Part shown: positions 20,532-29,965 of the stretch, piece after piece
How positions within the stretch are numbered: position 1 is the first letter of the stretch
Layout: every line of letters starts with the position of its first letter
From: Clostridia bacterium
GTDB taxonomy: Bacteria; Bacillota; Clostridia; Monoglobales; Monoglobaceae
Assembly: GCA_045595345.1 (NCBI GenBank)
Contig: JAZOAF010000110.1
Coordinates: forward strand, 1 to 56,594
Direction: 5' to 3'
DNA: 56,594 nucleotides
Position numbers and translations under genes: made by a program
The notes under the pieces: generated by a model
What the model was told of the DNA's origin: nothing
What the model saw: only the letters and a program-made list of their open reading frames with translations
Databases searched by the model: none

Positions 20532-20931
20532 TCTTAATATGCTTGGAATCAGAGAACCTGAGATATACGGGAATAAAACCTTTGCAGATTTGGAAAATAT
20601 GATAGAAGAGCATGGAAAAGAAAGGGGTATTGAAATAACTTCTCTCCAAAGCAATTCTGAGGGAGAAATAATAGATTATATTCATTATGCTTACGGAAAT
20701 TACGACGGAATAGTTATCAATCCGGGGGCGTACACTCATTACAGTTATGCGATTGCTGACGCAATTTCGGCAGTTTCAATCCCTACGGTCGAGGTGCATA
20801 TAAGTGACATAAACAAAAGGGAAGAGTTCAGAAAAATCTCGGTTACTAAGGCGTCTTGTGTTAAACAAATTTCAGGCCATGGTTTTGAAGGTTATCTGGA
20901 AGCAATTGATTTTCTTTGCGAGGATAAATAA
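20503..20931 (+). CDS. aroQ: type II 3-dehydroquinate dehydratase
   Basis: 'INGPNLNMLGIREPEIYG', 'QSNSEGEIID', 'INPGAYTHYS', 'VEVHISDI' motifs. Confidence 0.95.
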   Translation: MKIMVINGPNLNMLGIREPEIYGNKTFADLENMIEEHGKERGIEITSLQSNSEGEIIDYIHYAYGNYDGIVINPGAYTHYSYAIADAISAVSIPTVEVHISDINKREEFRKISVTKASCVKQISGHGFEGYLEAIDFLCEDK

Positions 20932-20955
20932 ATTCTAAAAAATTTCAAAAAACCC

Positions 20956-20984
20956 TTGCAATTGTCATTTTTTTGTGATATACT
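20956..20984 (+). promoter_or_regulatory. sigma-A promoter of rpmE
   Basis: TTGCAA, 17 nt, TGaTATACT (extended -10). Confidence 0.5.
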
Positions 20985-21032
20985 ATATAAGCTATTGCAG
21001 TTAATAACACTCTAAAGAAAGAGGTGAAAATA

Positions 21033-21239
21033 ATGAAAGCAGGAATACATCCAGATTACAAAGAGACAGTTATCAGATGTGCTTGTGGTAATGTTATAGA
21101 AACAGGTTCAACAAAGGAGAATATTTCAATCGAAATTTGCTCTGCTTGTCACCCTTTCTATACAGGTAAGCAGAAGTTAGTTGATACCGGTGGTCGTGTT
21201 GACAAATTTAGAAAGCGTTTTGGTCTTGAAGAGAAATAA
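21033..21239 (+). CDS. rpmE: 50S ribosomal protein L31 (zinc-binding type A)
   Basis: 'MKAGIHPDY', CxC...CxxC motif 'CACGN...[13 protein letters not shown]'; ATG 21033 follows RBS AGAGGTG. Confidence 0.95.
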   Translation: MKAGIHPDYKETVIRCACGNVIETGSTKENISIEICSACHPFYTGKQKLVDTGGRVDKFRKRFGLEEK

Positions 21240-21291
21240 TCTTAGGAACCAAATTTCGTGGATTGTTTTAAAATCAAAAATTACTACACTT

Positions 21292-21323
21292 ATAACAGAG
21301 CAGGGATGCTCTGTTATTTTTTT
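21292..21323 (+). terminator. rpmE terminator
   Basis: AUAACAGAGC-agggau-GCUCUGUUAU followed by U6. Confidence 0.8.
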
Positions 21324-21327
21324 GCAC

Positions 21328-21360
21328 ATAAAAAACGCATCTGTAATTTACAGATGCGTT
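21328..21360 (-). terminator. topA terminator
   Basis: AACGCAUCUGUA/UACAGAUGCGUU stem followed by a U tract on the minus strand. Confidence 0.75.
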
Positions 21361-21366
21361 TTAAAA

Positions 21367-23484
21367 CTATTTCTTTTTGGACGGGATTGTTTCATATTTG
21401 CACTCTTCATTAAAGCAAACATATTTGATTGGTCCTCTGCCACGGAAAGGTCTGCGCTTCATAAGAATGCTTTCGCACTCCGGACATTTTTCATTTGTCG
21501 GCTCATCCCAAGAGATAAAGCAGGAAGTGCCGTTTTCGCAAGCGTAGTATGTTGCGCCCTTCTTGGATTTGCGGACCTGAACTTTCCCCCCACAGTTAGG
21601 GCAGGAAACACTAAGCTCTGGAGTGATTGACTTGGTATTTTTACATTCAGGGTATCCGGGACAAGCCAGGAACTTTCCAAATCTGCCCTGCTTATAAACC
21701 ATCATTCTGCCGCATTTGTCACAAGGAATATCTGAAACTTCGTCGGCAATTTCGATGCTGCCGATTTTTTCTTCGGCTTTGGATAAAGTCTCTTTAAACG
21801 GGCCATAGAAATCATCTAAAACCTTAACCCACTTTGATTTTCCTTCTTCAATGCTATCCAGCTTTTCTTCCATATTGGCGGTAAAGCCCACATCGACTAT
21901 ATTTTCAAAGTTGTCTGCCATAAGGTCGGTAACTATATTTCCAAGCTCAGTAGGATATAAGGACTTGCCTTCACGGGCAACATAGCCACGGCTTGTTATT
22001 GTTATAATGGTTGGATTGTAGGTACTTGGTCTTCCGATGCCGTTTTCTTCCATAGCTTTAACCAGTGACGCTTCTGTATATCTCTGCGGTGGTTGAGTAA
22101 AGTGCTGTTTTGGAGAAACTTCTTTAAAGGATAAAACTTCCCCTTCAGAAACCGTTGGGATTTTTCCTTCTTTTTCTTCTTCGAAATCCTTTCCCTCAAT
22201 ATATAACGCAGTGAAGCCGTCAAACTTAACGGCAGAGCCGGTTGCCACAAGGGAGTGTTTGTTATTTGCAACTATATCAATTTTAACTGTATCATAGATT
22301 GCACTTGACATCTGGCTGGCTAAGAATCTGTTCCAGATAAGCTTATAAAGCTTATACATATCAGGTTTTAATGAATCCTTGATTGCCTCAGGATTAAACT
22401 GCATTGATGTTGGTCTTATTGCTTCGTGAGCATCCTGAGCGCCTTTCTTTGTCTTGTAAAAACGAGGAGCCTTTGGAACATACGCACTTCCGTAAGCAGA
22501 GTCAATATATTTTCTGCATTCTGCCTGAGCATCAGCGGAAATTCTGAGAGAGTCAGTTCTCATATAGGTTATAAGACCGACTGCGCCTGCACCTTTAATA
22601 TTAACACCTTCATAAAGCTGTTGAGCTGCAAGCATAGTTCTCTTAGTTGTAAAGCCGAGCTTTCTTGAAGCTTCCTGTTGAAGAGTACTTGTTGTGAATG
22701 GAGGAGCAGGGTTGCGAAGCTTTGTGCTTTCCTGAATAGAGGTTGCAATATACTGGGCTGTTTCAAGCTCTTTTGCAATTTCAAGAGCAGTCTTTTCGTC
22801 ATTTATATCTGCCTTACCTTTGCCGACAAGTCCCTGATATTTAGCTATAAAAGGAGTCTTTCCTTTATTGTTTGCAAGTTTAACATCAATTGTCCAGTAT
22901 TCTTCTTCGTTGAAGGCGTTGATTTCTCTTTCACGGTCAACGATTAATTTCGTAACAACAGACTGAACTCGTCCTGCGCTAAGTCCTTTTTTAACCTTTT
23001 TCCATAAAAGAGGGCTTATCTGATAGCCTACAATTCGGTCTAAAACACGGCGTGCTTGCTGAGAATCAACAAGGTCCATATCGATTGACCGTGGCTCACT
23101 AATGGCACTTTTAACCGCAGTTTTGGTGATTTCATTAAAGGTTATACGGCAAGCAGAACTCGCGTCAATGTCCAATAAATTTGCAAGATGCCAGGAAATG
23201 GCTTCTCCCTCACGGTCAGGGTCGGCTGCGAGGAAAACCTTTGCAGAGTTTTTCGCTTCTTTTTTTAGTTTTGTGATAAGGTCGCCCTTTCCTCTGATAG
23301 TTATATAGTGAGGCTCAAAGTTGTTCTCAATGTCAATTCCAATCTGGCTTTTTGGTAAATCGCGGAGATGTCCCATAGAGGCCAAAACATTATAGTTTGT
23401 CCCTAAGTATTTTTTAATAGTTGTTGCTTTAGCAGGAGACTCAACGATGATTAGTGTTTTTTTCTTTGTAGTTGTTTCTGCCAC
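21367..23484 (-). CDS. topA: DNA topoisomerase I
   Basis: Toprim 'LIIVESPAKA', 'DPDREGEAISWH', active-site region 'GLITYMRTDS', three C-terminal CxxC zinc ribbons; GTG start 8 nt after AGGAGG. Confidence 0.95.
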   Translation of the reverse strand: MAETTTKKKTLIIVESPAKATTIKKYLGTNYNVLASMGHLRDLPKSQIGIDIENNFEPHYITIRGKGDLITKLKKEAKNSAKVFLAADPDREGEAISWHLANLLDIDASSACRITFNEITKTAVKSAISEPRSIDMDLVDSQQARRVLDRIVGYQISPLLWKKVKKGLSAGRVQSVVTKLIVDREREINAFNEEEYWTIDVKLANNKGKTPFIAKYQGLVGKGKADINDEKTALEIAKELETAQYIATSIQESTKLRNPAPPFTTSTLQQEASRKLGFTTKRTMLAAQQLYEGVNIKGAGAVGLITYMRTDSLRISADAQAECRKYIDSAYGSAYVPKAPRFYKTKKGAQDAHEAIRPTSMQFNPEAIKDSLKPDMYKLYKLIWNRFLASQMSSAIYDTVKIDIVANNKHSLVATGSAVKFDGFTALYIEGKDFEEEKEGKIPTVSEGEVLSFKEVSPKQHFTQPPQRYTEASLVKAMEENGIGRPSTYNPTIITITSRGYVAREGKSLYPTELGNIVTDLMADNFENIVDVGFTANMEEKLDSIEEGKSKWVKVLDDFYGPFKETLSKAEEKIGSIEIADEVSDIPCDKCGRMMVYKQGRFGKFLACPGYPECKNTKSITPELSVSCPNCGGKVQVRKSKKGATYYACENGTSCFISWDEPTNEKCPECESILMKRRPFRGRGPIKYVCFNEECKYETIPSKKK

Positions 23485-23489
23485 AATAA

Positions 23490-24620
23490 CTACCTCCTTG
23501 TCAGTAAATATTTATTTCCAGGTTCTTGCGTAACTATTCCGCCTATCATAAGCATAGTAAGCTTGCTTGAAACCTTCTGGATTGGAAGGTCACAGCTTTC
23601 CGCTATATCATCGGGATATTGACCTTCTCCGAAATCTTTAAGATAATTTATAATCTTTTTGTCATCCTCGTCTAGTTCATAGCCAAGGTCAACGGCGATT
23701 GACTCTTCTTTGGGTTTAACAAGTTTCAGTCCGTTTTCTAGCTTTTTTGGATAAGTTTCTCTATATGTATTGAGTATATCTTCATAGCTTAAAACGGTTG
23801 TTACCCCATCCCTGATTAAGCCGTTTGGAAGCTCAGATGGAGAGAGGATAGGGTTACCGGGAACGGCGAATATATCGCGGGATGCATCGGTAGCGTGTTT
23901 AACGGTAATGGATGTACCGCTTTGCAATGTGCCTTCAACAACCACAATTCCGTTGGCAAGAGATGCCATTATGCGATTTCTTCTTTGATAATAATAATCT
24001 CTGCCGGGGGTCCCTGGTGGGCGCTCGGAAATTACTGCACCGTTTTCAATTATGTTTTCATAAAGCTTTCTGTTCTCAGGCGGATAAACAAGGTCAACTC
24101 CGCCGGCAAGAAATGCAATGGTTTTGCCACCGCCGTCAAGGGCGCCTGAGTGAGCCTCGGCGTCAATTCCTCGGGCCATACCGCTGACAACTATAACGCC
24201 GTTTTCGGCAAGGTCTTTCCCAAGCTGGTTTGCCATTTGTCTTCCCTGACGGGTTGACGCACGGCTTCCGACTATGGTAATTAAAATATAGTCATTAAGG
24301 TTAAGACGCTCGCCTTTTATAAACAGAATACGAGGAGGAAGATATCCGTTTTTAAGATAAATGGGATAATCTTCGTCGTGGTATGACATTATATGAATTC
24401 CTTTTCTTTCGCATTCCTCTACAAGACTTTTTGCATAGTCAAGAGACTTGTCTGCTTTTAATATTCTTGTTAAGGAAGAGAAAAATTCGGATTTTTTATA
24501 TTTGCTTTCCTTGGCCTTATGAGCTTCCTCGGCGCTACCGAAGAAGTCTAAGAATTTGTAAATTATTTCAGGTTCATATTTACAAACATCACAAAGCCAT
24601 ATTTCGTGAAGAAGTGACAT
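23490..24620 (-). CDS. dprA: DNA-processing protein DprA (Smf)
   Basis: Rossmann-like 'IVGSRASTRQG', 'VVSGMARGIDAEAH', 'AFLAGGVD', plus a C-terminal winged-helix extension. Confidence 0.9.
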   Translation of the reverse strand: MSLLHEIWLCDVCKYEPEIIYKFLDFFGSAEEAHKAKESKYKKSEFFSSLTRILKADKSLDYAKSLVEECERKGIHIMSYHDEDYPIYLKNGYLPPRILFIKGERLNLNDYILITIVGSRASTRQGRQMANQLGKDLAENGVIVVSGMARGIDAEAHSGALDGGGKTIAFLAGGVDLVYPPENRKLYENIIENGAVISERPPGTPGRDYYYQRRNRIMASLANGIVVVEGTLQSGTSITVKHATDASRDIFAVPGNPILSPSELPNGLIRDGVTTVLSYEDILNTYRETYPKKLENGLKLVKPKEESIAVDLGYELDEDDKKIINYLKDFGEGQYPDDIAESCDLPIQKVSSKLTMLMIGGIVTQEPGNKYLLTRR

Positions 24621-24639
24621 TTTTCGTCAAATCCTTTCG

Positions 24640-25401
24640 TTAGTTAGCCTTAGAATATTTATACATAATAATTCCGGCGGCAACACCGGCGTTAAGAGAC
24701 TCGGCGTTGCCAATCATATCTATTTTTGTAATAATATCAGACATAGAAAGTATTTCCCGGGAAATGCCCTTTGCCTCGTTTCCGATAACAATGGCATTTT
24801 TAGAAAAGACGGGCGTTTCTTCTAAGGAAACGGAGTCTTTAAGTGCGGCTGATATTATCTTATATTCGTTTTCTTTAAGTTTGTTTATAAATTTGTAATC
24901 TTCTTCAAAATGGAAATTAAGTCTGAAAATTGATCCCATTGTTGAGCGGATTACCTTTGAGTTATAAATATCCGCGGAGCCTTTTGTTATAAAAATACTT
25001 TTAAATCCCATGGCATCTGCGGTTCGAAGGATTGTTCCCATATTCCCCGGCTCTGAAATTTCGTCTAAAATCAAGACATTTGAGGATAGGGAAGAGGATG
25101 CGTTTAAAAATTCAATAACACATAAAATCCCCTGAGGGTTTTCGGTTTCACAAACCTTTGAAAATAAGTCGTCAGGAAGCATATATGTTTCAAATCCATC
25201 GGTAAAATCAGGATTTTTAGCATTGAAGCTTTCGGAGATGAGAAAATATGCAATACTGTCCTTTGCCCATAAAAGAGCTTCCTGAGAGATTCTTTTTCCT
25301 TCTGCAACGAAGAGGGAAAGCTTCTGGCGGGACGACTTTTTCTGTAAAGAAATGGTTTGCTTGACTATTTTGTTTTCACGACTTGATATATACTTAATCA
25401 T
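24640..25401 (-). CDS. TrmH/SpoU-family RNA 2'-O-methyltransferase
   Basis: 'EPGNMGTILRTADA', 'GNEAKGIS', 'ESLNAGVAAGI' SpoU motifs; start moved to ATG 25401 because the longer ORF runs through the rplT terminator. Confidence 0.85.
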   Translation of the reverse strand: MIKYISSRENKIVKQTISLQKKSSRQKLSLFVAEGKRISQEALLWAKDSIAYFLISESFNAKNPDFTDGFETYMLPDDLFSKVCETENPQGILCVIEFLNASSSLSSNVLILDEISEPGNMGTILRTADAMGFKSIFITKGSADIYNSKVIRSTMGSIFRLNFHFEEDYKFINKLKENEYKIISAALKDSVSLEETPVFSKNAIVIGNEAKGISREILSMSDIITKIDMIGNAESLNAGVAAGIIMYKYSKAN

Positions 25402-25446
25402 AATAATTTCCTTAATATAAATTAATGTCGTTTTTTGGCTTGATAA

Positions 25447-25490
25447 ATCGCAAAAAGTTATACCCACGCGTGCGGGTATAACTTTTTAAG
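25447..25490 (-). terminator. terminator after rplT
   Basis: Long stem AAAAGUUAUACCC...GGGUAUAACUUUU with flanking U tract on the minus strand. Confidence 0.75.
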
Positions 25491-25498
25491 CAATTAAA

Positions 25499-25843
25499 TT
25501 ATCTAACTTTTTCAACGAGCTTAGAGAATGCAGCAGGGTCAGAAACTGCAATTTCTGCAAGCATCTTTCTGTTGATTTCAATACCGTTCTTTTTAAGACC
25601 GTTCATGAACTTGCTGTAACTCATACCATTCATACGGGTAGCAGCATTGATTCTTGCGATCCAAAGCTTTCTGAAATCTCTTTTCTTGTTCTTTCTGTCA
25701 CGGTAAGCATATACCAATGACTTCATAACGGCCTGGTTGGCTGTTTTATATAATTTACTCTTGGCACCTCTGTAACCTTTTGCCAATTTTAATATCTTCT
25801 TGCGTCTTTTACGCGTGTGCATAGCACCTTTAACTCTTGCCAT
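25499..25843 (-). CDS. rplT: 50S ribosomal protein L20
   Basis: '[26 protein letters not shown]' canonical N-terminus. Confidence 0.97.
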   Translation of the reverse strand: MARVKGAMHTRKRRKKILKLAKGYRGAKSKLYKTANQAVMKSLVYAYRDRKNKKRDFRKLWIARINAATRMNGMSYSKFMNGLKKNGIEINRKMLAEIAVSDPAAFSKLVEKVR

Positions 25844-25874
25844 ATCTATAAGGCTCCTTTCTGAAAATCAAATC

Positions 25875-26072
25875 TTATTTGTAAGGTATCATACTCTTGA
25901 TAGTAGCGCAGTTAGCTTTTGATAAATAACCGAGCTTTCTGAGCTTTCTTTTTCTTTTAGTAGTCTTCTTGTTTAAAATGTGACTTCTGAAAGCCTTACC
26001 TCTTTTAACCTTGCCGTTTTTAGTAATGCCAAAACGCTTAGCTGCCCCTTTATGTGTCTTAATTTTAGGCAT
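25875..26072 (-). CDS. rpmI: 50S ribosomal protein L35
   Basis: '[14 protein letters not shown]' canonical N-terminus. Confidence 0.97.
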   Translation of the reverse strand: MPKIKTHKGAAKRFGITKNGKVKRGKAFRSHILNKKTTKRKRKLRKLGYLSKANCATIKSMIPYK

Positions 26073-26119
26073 AATATAAGTCTCCTTCCGTAAATGTTTT
26101 CGGTTTGACCGATAGAATG

Positions 26120-26635
26120 TTATACTTTCTTTGGTACAACGAACATAGCCATATTTCTTCCTTCAAGCTTGATGCCCTTTTCAACAACACCAACCTCGGC
26201 CATGGCGTCCTGAACTCTGAGTAACAAGTCTTTGCCGATAGAGGAGTGAGTGATTTCACGGCCTCTGAAACGAACAGAAACTTTAACCTTGTCGCCGGAC
26301 TTTAAGAATTTAATTCCCTGATTAACCTTTGTGTTAAAATCGTGCTCATCAATATTAGGACTAAGTCTTACTTCCTTAATATTGACAACCTTCTGGTTCT
26401 TACGAGCTTCTTTTTCTTTCTTTGCAAGTTCAAACTTGTGCTTACCATAGTCCATAACTCTGCAAACAGGCGGTTTAGCCTGAGGAGCTATTTTAACCAG
26501 GTCAAGGTTGTGCTGTTCGGCAATCTGCTGAGCTTCCTTATTGGAAACGATACCAAGCTGTTCGCCGTCAGGTCCGATAAGTCTGACCTCTGCATCTTTG
26601 ATTTCTGAGTTAATCATTAAATCTTGTTTAGCTAT
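26120..26635 (-). CDS. infC: translation initiation factor IF-3, probably initiating at a non-canonical ATA codon
   Basis: '[21 protein letters not shown]' and '[12 protein letters not shown]' motifs; in-frame ATA at 26635-26633 lies 7 nt after GGAGGTG (26649-26643); the ATG at 26617 has no RBS. Confidence 0.85.
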   Translation of the reverse strand: MAKQDLMINSEIKDAEVRLIGPDGEQLGIVSNKEAQQIAEQHNLDLVKIAPQAKPPVCRVMDYGKHKFELAKKEKEARKNQKVVNIKEVRLSPNIDEHDFNTKVNQGIKFLKSGDKVKVSVRFRGREITHSSIGKDLLLRVQDAMAEVGVVEKGIKLEGRNMAMFVVPKKV

Positions 26636-26785
26636 GTCGGAACACCTCCAAAAAATATTAGCACCTTTTTACATAAAAAAAGCGCGAGAGCATAGCTTCC
26701 GCACAAAAATATCAAAATAAATTGATGAGCCCTTTTGCACCATTTTGCTAAGGGGAGAAGCGGAAAACTTCTGCTTTACCAAGAA
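26636..26785 (-). promoter_or_regulatory. infC-rpmI-rplT leader with attenuator-like hairpin (possible L20-responsive leader)
   Basis: ~150-nt 5' UTR between the promoter and the infC RBS; hairpin GCGGAAGC-uau-GCUCUCGC (26682-26702) followed by U7 (26675-26681) on the minus strand. Confidence 0.4.
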
Positions 26786-26814
26786 ATAATACCATTATTT
26801 ATTACCTTTGTCAA
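26786..26814 (-). promoter_or_regulatory. sigma-A promoter of infC operon
   Basis: Minus strand TTGACA (26814-26809), 17 nt, TATTAT (26791-26786). Confidence 0.55.
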
Positions 26815-26865
26815 GGGTTTTTTGAAAAAAGTTTAGATAAATTTGAAAATTTTTCAAAAAAAGAC

Positions 26866-26894
26866 TTGCATTTTAAAAAGTTGTGTGCTATAAT
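26866..26894 (+). promoter_or_regulatory. sigma-A promoter of rplS (extended -10)
   Basis: TTGCAT (26866-26871), 17 nt, TGcTATAAT (26886-26894); ~87-nt leader precedes rplS. Confidence 0.55.
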
Positions 26895-26981
26895 CAAGTA
26901 GTTATTTACGGGATAGTCCGCTGTTTGCCCCTTTCTGATTGGGAGCTTATATGAATGTCCTCAGATGAAAGGATGTATAAA

Positions 26982-27323
26982 ATGAACATTTTAGAACAAA
27001 TTACTCAAGAACAAATCAGAACAGACCTTCCTAAGTTTAACATTGGTGATACCATCCGCATATATGTTAAGATTATCGAAGGTTCAAGAGAAAGAATTCA
27101 GATGTTTGAAGGAACTGTTATCAAGAAGAACCACGGCGGTATTCAGGAAACATTCACAGTAAGAAGAGTTTCTTATGGCGTTGGTGTTGAGAGAACATTC
27201 CCGATGAATTCTCCAAAAATCGACAAGATTGAAGTTACCAGACGCGGTAAGGTAAGAAGAGCTAAGCTTTATTACTTAAGAGACAGAGTTGGTAAAGCTG
27301 CTAAGGTTAAGGAAAGAATTTAA
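26982..27323 (+). CDS. rplS: 50S ribosomal protein L19
   Basis: 'MNILEQI...[28 protein letters not shown]' canonical L19; ATG 26982 follows AAAGGA. Confidence 0.97.
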   Translation: MNILEQITQEQIRTDLPKFNIGDTIRIYVKIIEGSRERIQMFEGTVIKKNHGGIQETFTVRRVSYGVGVERTFPMNSPKIDKIEVTRRGKVRRAKLYYLRDRVGKAAKVKERI

Positions 27324-27335
27324 TAACGAAATTCT

Positions 27336-27366
27336 AAAGGTGGTTATGTTTTCATAATCACCTTTT
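27336..27366 (+). terminator. rplS terminator
   Basis: AAAGGUGGUUAUG-uuuu-CAUAAUCACCUUU. Confidence 0.7.
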
Positions 27367-27393
27367 AACTTTAAATTGTTTGTGGAGGGATTA

Positions 27394-28065
27394 ATGATGG
27401 ATAATATGCACGAGAACAATATTCCGGAAGAAACAGAAGAAATCATCCGGGAAGAGCCTGTAAGCAGTTGGAAATCAGGTTGGAAAAAGGAACTTCGCGA
27501 CTGGATTGAAGCTATTGTTATTGCGGTTGTTGTTGCTTTGCTTTTAAGGAATTTTGTTCTTACTCTCGCATTGGTCGATGGAGCAAGTATGGAAAGAACT
27601 TTAAGCCACGGGGACAGATTATATGTGAATAAAGTTTTCTATTCTCCCGAAAAAGGTGATATTGTTATAATTGACACAGAAAAGCATCCGCAGGGCCCTC
27701 TTGTTAAAAGAGTTATTGCAACAGAAGGAGATACAATTTATATAGACCGTGTTTCAGGTATGGTTTATGTTAACGATGAACTTTTGGAAGAGGATTATAT
27801 AAAAGGAAAGACAGTTCTGCCTGTTCAAAAAGATAATCTTGGTATTGTAAGAGGATATTACGGCGAACTTGCTGAAATTTTTGCTGACCCGTCATATAGC
27901 CGTAGCAACCCAATAAAATTGGGAGAAGGCGAAATTTTCGCCATGGGAGATAATCGCGAAAACAGCAGTGACAGCCGAAATCTCGGTATCTTTACAGAAG
28001 ATGAGGTTATGGGACACGCAGTTTTCAGATTCTGGCCCTTTAATAAAATTGAAATGCTTGATTAG
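27394..28065 (+). CDS. lepB: signal peptidase I
   Basis: Catalytic 'GASMERTL' (Ser box), 'KRVIATEGD' (Lys box), 'GDNRENSSDSR'; N-terminal TM anchor; ATG follows GGAGGG. Confidence 0.9.
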   Translation: MMDNMHENNIPEETEEIIREEPVSSWKSGWKKELRDWIEAIVIAVVVALLLRNFVLTLALVDGASMERTLSHGDRLYVNKVFYSPEKGDIVIIDTEKHPQGPLVKRVIATEGDTIYIDRVSGMVYVNDELLEEDYIKGKTVLPVQKDNLGIVRGYYGELAEIFADPSYSRSNPIKLGEGEIFAMGDNRENSSDSRNLGIFTEDEVMGHAVFRFWPFNKIEMLD

Positions 28066-28076
28066 AGGTAATAAAA

Positions 28077-28937
28077 ATGGAATTACAGTGGTTTCCGGGG
28101 CATATGGCGAAAACTCGCCGTCTGCTGAAAGAAAACATAAAGCTTGTTGATGTTGTTATAGAACTTGTTGACGCAAGACTTCCTTTATCATCAAGAAACC
28201 CTGAAATCGACAAAATTGTTGGAAATAAGCCGAGAATTGTTGTTCTGAATAAAAGTGATATGGCTGATAGTGCAACCAACAAGCAATGGATCTCCTGGTT
28301 TAAACAAAAAGGAATTTCGGCTGTTGAAATAAATAGTCTGAGCGGACAAGGAATAACTGGTATTGACCGTGAGATTGAAAAGGTTCTTGCGGAGAAGTTC
28401 CGTAAGGATGAAGAAAGAGGAATTCAAAGACACGCCGTTAAAATGATGGTTGCAGGGATTCCTAATGTAGGAAAATCTTCATTTATAAATAAGCTTTCCA
28501 AAAGAGCGGCAACAAAAACAGGAAACAGACCCGGTGTTACTCAGGCTAAACAATGGATAAGAATAGCAGGGAAGTATGAACTTTTGGATACTCCCGGCAT
28601 TCTCTGGCCTAAGTTTGAGGACAAGGATGCAGCTATGCGAATTGCCTTTACCGGCGGAATAAAAGATGAAATAATGGATATTGAAGAACTTGCTTTTTAT
28701 CTTGTTGATTATCTTAAAAAGAACTATCCTGAAAATCTTCAGGAAAGATATAAGCTTGACGATGGTTTTGACGGGATAGAAAGTTATGAACTTCTTGAAT
28801 TAATCGGCAGAAAAAGAGGCTGTATTGTATCAGGCGGAAAAGTTGATATGTTACGCGCTTCAAACCTTGTTTTAGACGATTTTCGAAGTGCAAAAATCGG
28901 CAATATTTCTCTTGAAAAACCATCTATGTATAAATAA
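28077..28937 (+). CDS. rbgA: ribosome biogenesis GTPase A (YlqF/RbgA)
   Basis: Circularly permuted GTPase: 'WFPGHMAK', 'LNKSDM', 'GIPNVGKSSFIN', 'DTPGILWPK'. Confidence 0.92.
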   Translation: MELQWFPGHMAKTRRLLKENIKLVDVVIELVDARLPLSSRNPEIDKIVGNKPRIVVLNKSDMADSATNKQWISWFKQKGISAVEINSLSGQGITGIDREIEKVLAEKFRKDEERGIQRHAVKMMVAGIPNVGKSSFINKLSKRAATKTGNRPGVTQAKQWIRIAGKYELLDTPGILWPKFEDKDAAMRIAFTGGIKDEIMDIEELAFYLVDYLKKNYPENLQERYKLDDGFDGIESYELLELIGRKRGCIVSGGKVDMLRASNLVLDDFRSAKIGNISLEKPSMYK

Positions 28938-28940
28938 CGA

Positions 28941-28966
28941 AATGCCGACTTATGTCGGCATTTTTT
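28941..28966 (+). terminator. rbgA terminator
   Basis: AAUGCCGAC-uuau-GUCGGCAUU followed by U tract. Confidence 0.8.
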
Positions 28967-28982
28967 ATGGAGGATAAAAGCT

Positions 28983-29585
28983 ATGTTAGAGTTTGAAAAT
29001 AAATTTTATGAAGAAGGGAAAAACCTTATTGCAGGAGTGGACGAGGCAGGAAGAGGTCCCCTTGCCGGCCCTGTTTGTGCGGCGGCGGTTATTCTTCCGA
29101 AAGGCCTGATAATCGAGGGTGTAAACGATTCAAAAAAGCTTACTGAAAAGAAGAGAGATTTGCTTTTTGACGAGATAAAGGCAAAGGCAATTGCTTATTC
29201 AATTCAGTTTGCCTACCCTGAGGAAATTGACAGTATCAATATAAGACAGGCAACACATAAAGCTATGGCTGATGCTGTTAAAAATCTTGAATCTTCCCCT
29301 GAACATATTTTAATCGACGGAAACGATAACATTCCTTTTGATATTCCATATACATATATAGTAAAAGGCGATGCAAAGTCTCAGACCATTGCGGCAGCGT
29401 CTATTCTGGCAAAGGTAAGCAGGGACAGACTTATGGTTGAGCTTGATAAAGAATATCCTGAGTATGGTTTTGCAAAACATAAAGGTTACGGGACAAAGAC
29501 GCATATGGAAGCTATACAAAAGTATGGAGTAACCAAGGTTCACAGGAAGTCCTTTATGACAGATAAGGTTTTGGGTAAAGTGTAA
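28983..29585 (+). CDS. rnhB: ribonuclease HII
   Basis: 'GVDEAGRGPLAGPV', 'DSKKLT', 'IDGN', 'ASILAKVSRD' motifs. Confidence 0.95.
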   Translation: MLEFENKFYEEGKNLIAGVDEAGRGPLAGPVCAAAVILPKGLIIEGVNDSKKLTEKKRDLLFDEIKAKAIAYSIQFAYPEEIDSINIRQATHKAMADAVKNLESSPEHILIDGNDNIPFDIPYTYIVKGDAKSQTIAAASILAKVSRDRLMVELDKEYPEYGFAKHKGYGTKTHMEAIQKYGVTKVHRKSFMTDKVLGKV

Positions 29586-29965
29586 TGAATATGTACAAAA
29601 AACTTGTTGGAAATATCGGTGAGGATATCGCCAGCAATTATCTTAAAAAGAAAAAATATAAGATTTTAGAGAAGAATTTTACGGCAGGAAAGGGCGAGAT
29701 AGATATAATCGCTTTAAAAGACAAAACTACTGTTTTTGTTGAGGTTAAGACAAGGCAGAATGATAGTTTCGGAGCTCCCTCGGAAGCTGTTGATTCAAGA
29801 AAAAGAAAGAAACTTATTGAAACTGCAACACGATATATAAGTGAGAAAGATCCTGACACGGCTTTTCGTTTTGATGTTATTGAGGTTTATGGCTGTTTAA
29901 AGGATGGAGGGTTTTGTTTTGAAAAAATTGAGCATATTGAGGATGCGTTTGGAGTGAATTATTAG
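29585..29965 (+). CDS. YraN-family (UPF0102) endonuclease-like protein
   Basis: 'GEDIASNYLKKKKYKILEKNF....GEIDIIA' and 'VFVEVKTR' motifs; conserved position after rnhB. Confidence 0.85.
   Translation: MNMYKKLVGNIGEDIASNYLKKKKYKILEKNFTAGKGEIDIIALKDKTTVFVEVKTRQNDSFGAPSEAVDSRKRKKLIETATRYISEKDPDTAFRFDVIEVYGCLKDGGFCFEKIEHIEDAFGVNY

Noticed and set aside
21181-21630. 149-aa plus-strand ORF spanning the rpmE 3' end, two terminators and the topA 3' end
   Set aside because: It runs through two rho-independent terminators and lies antisense to the topA zinc-ribbon region. It has no RBS.
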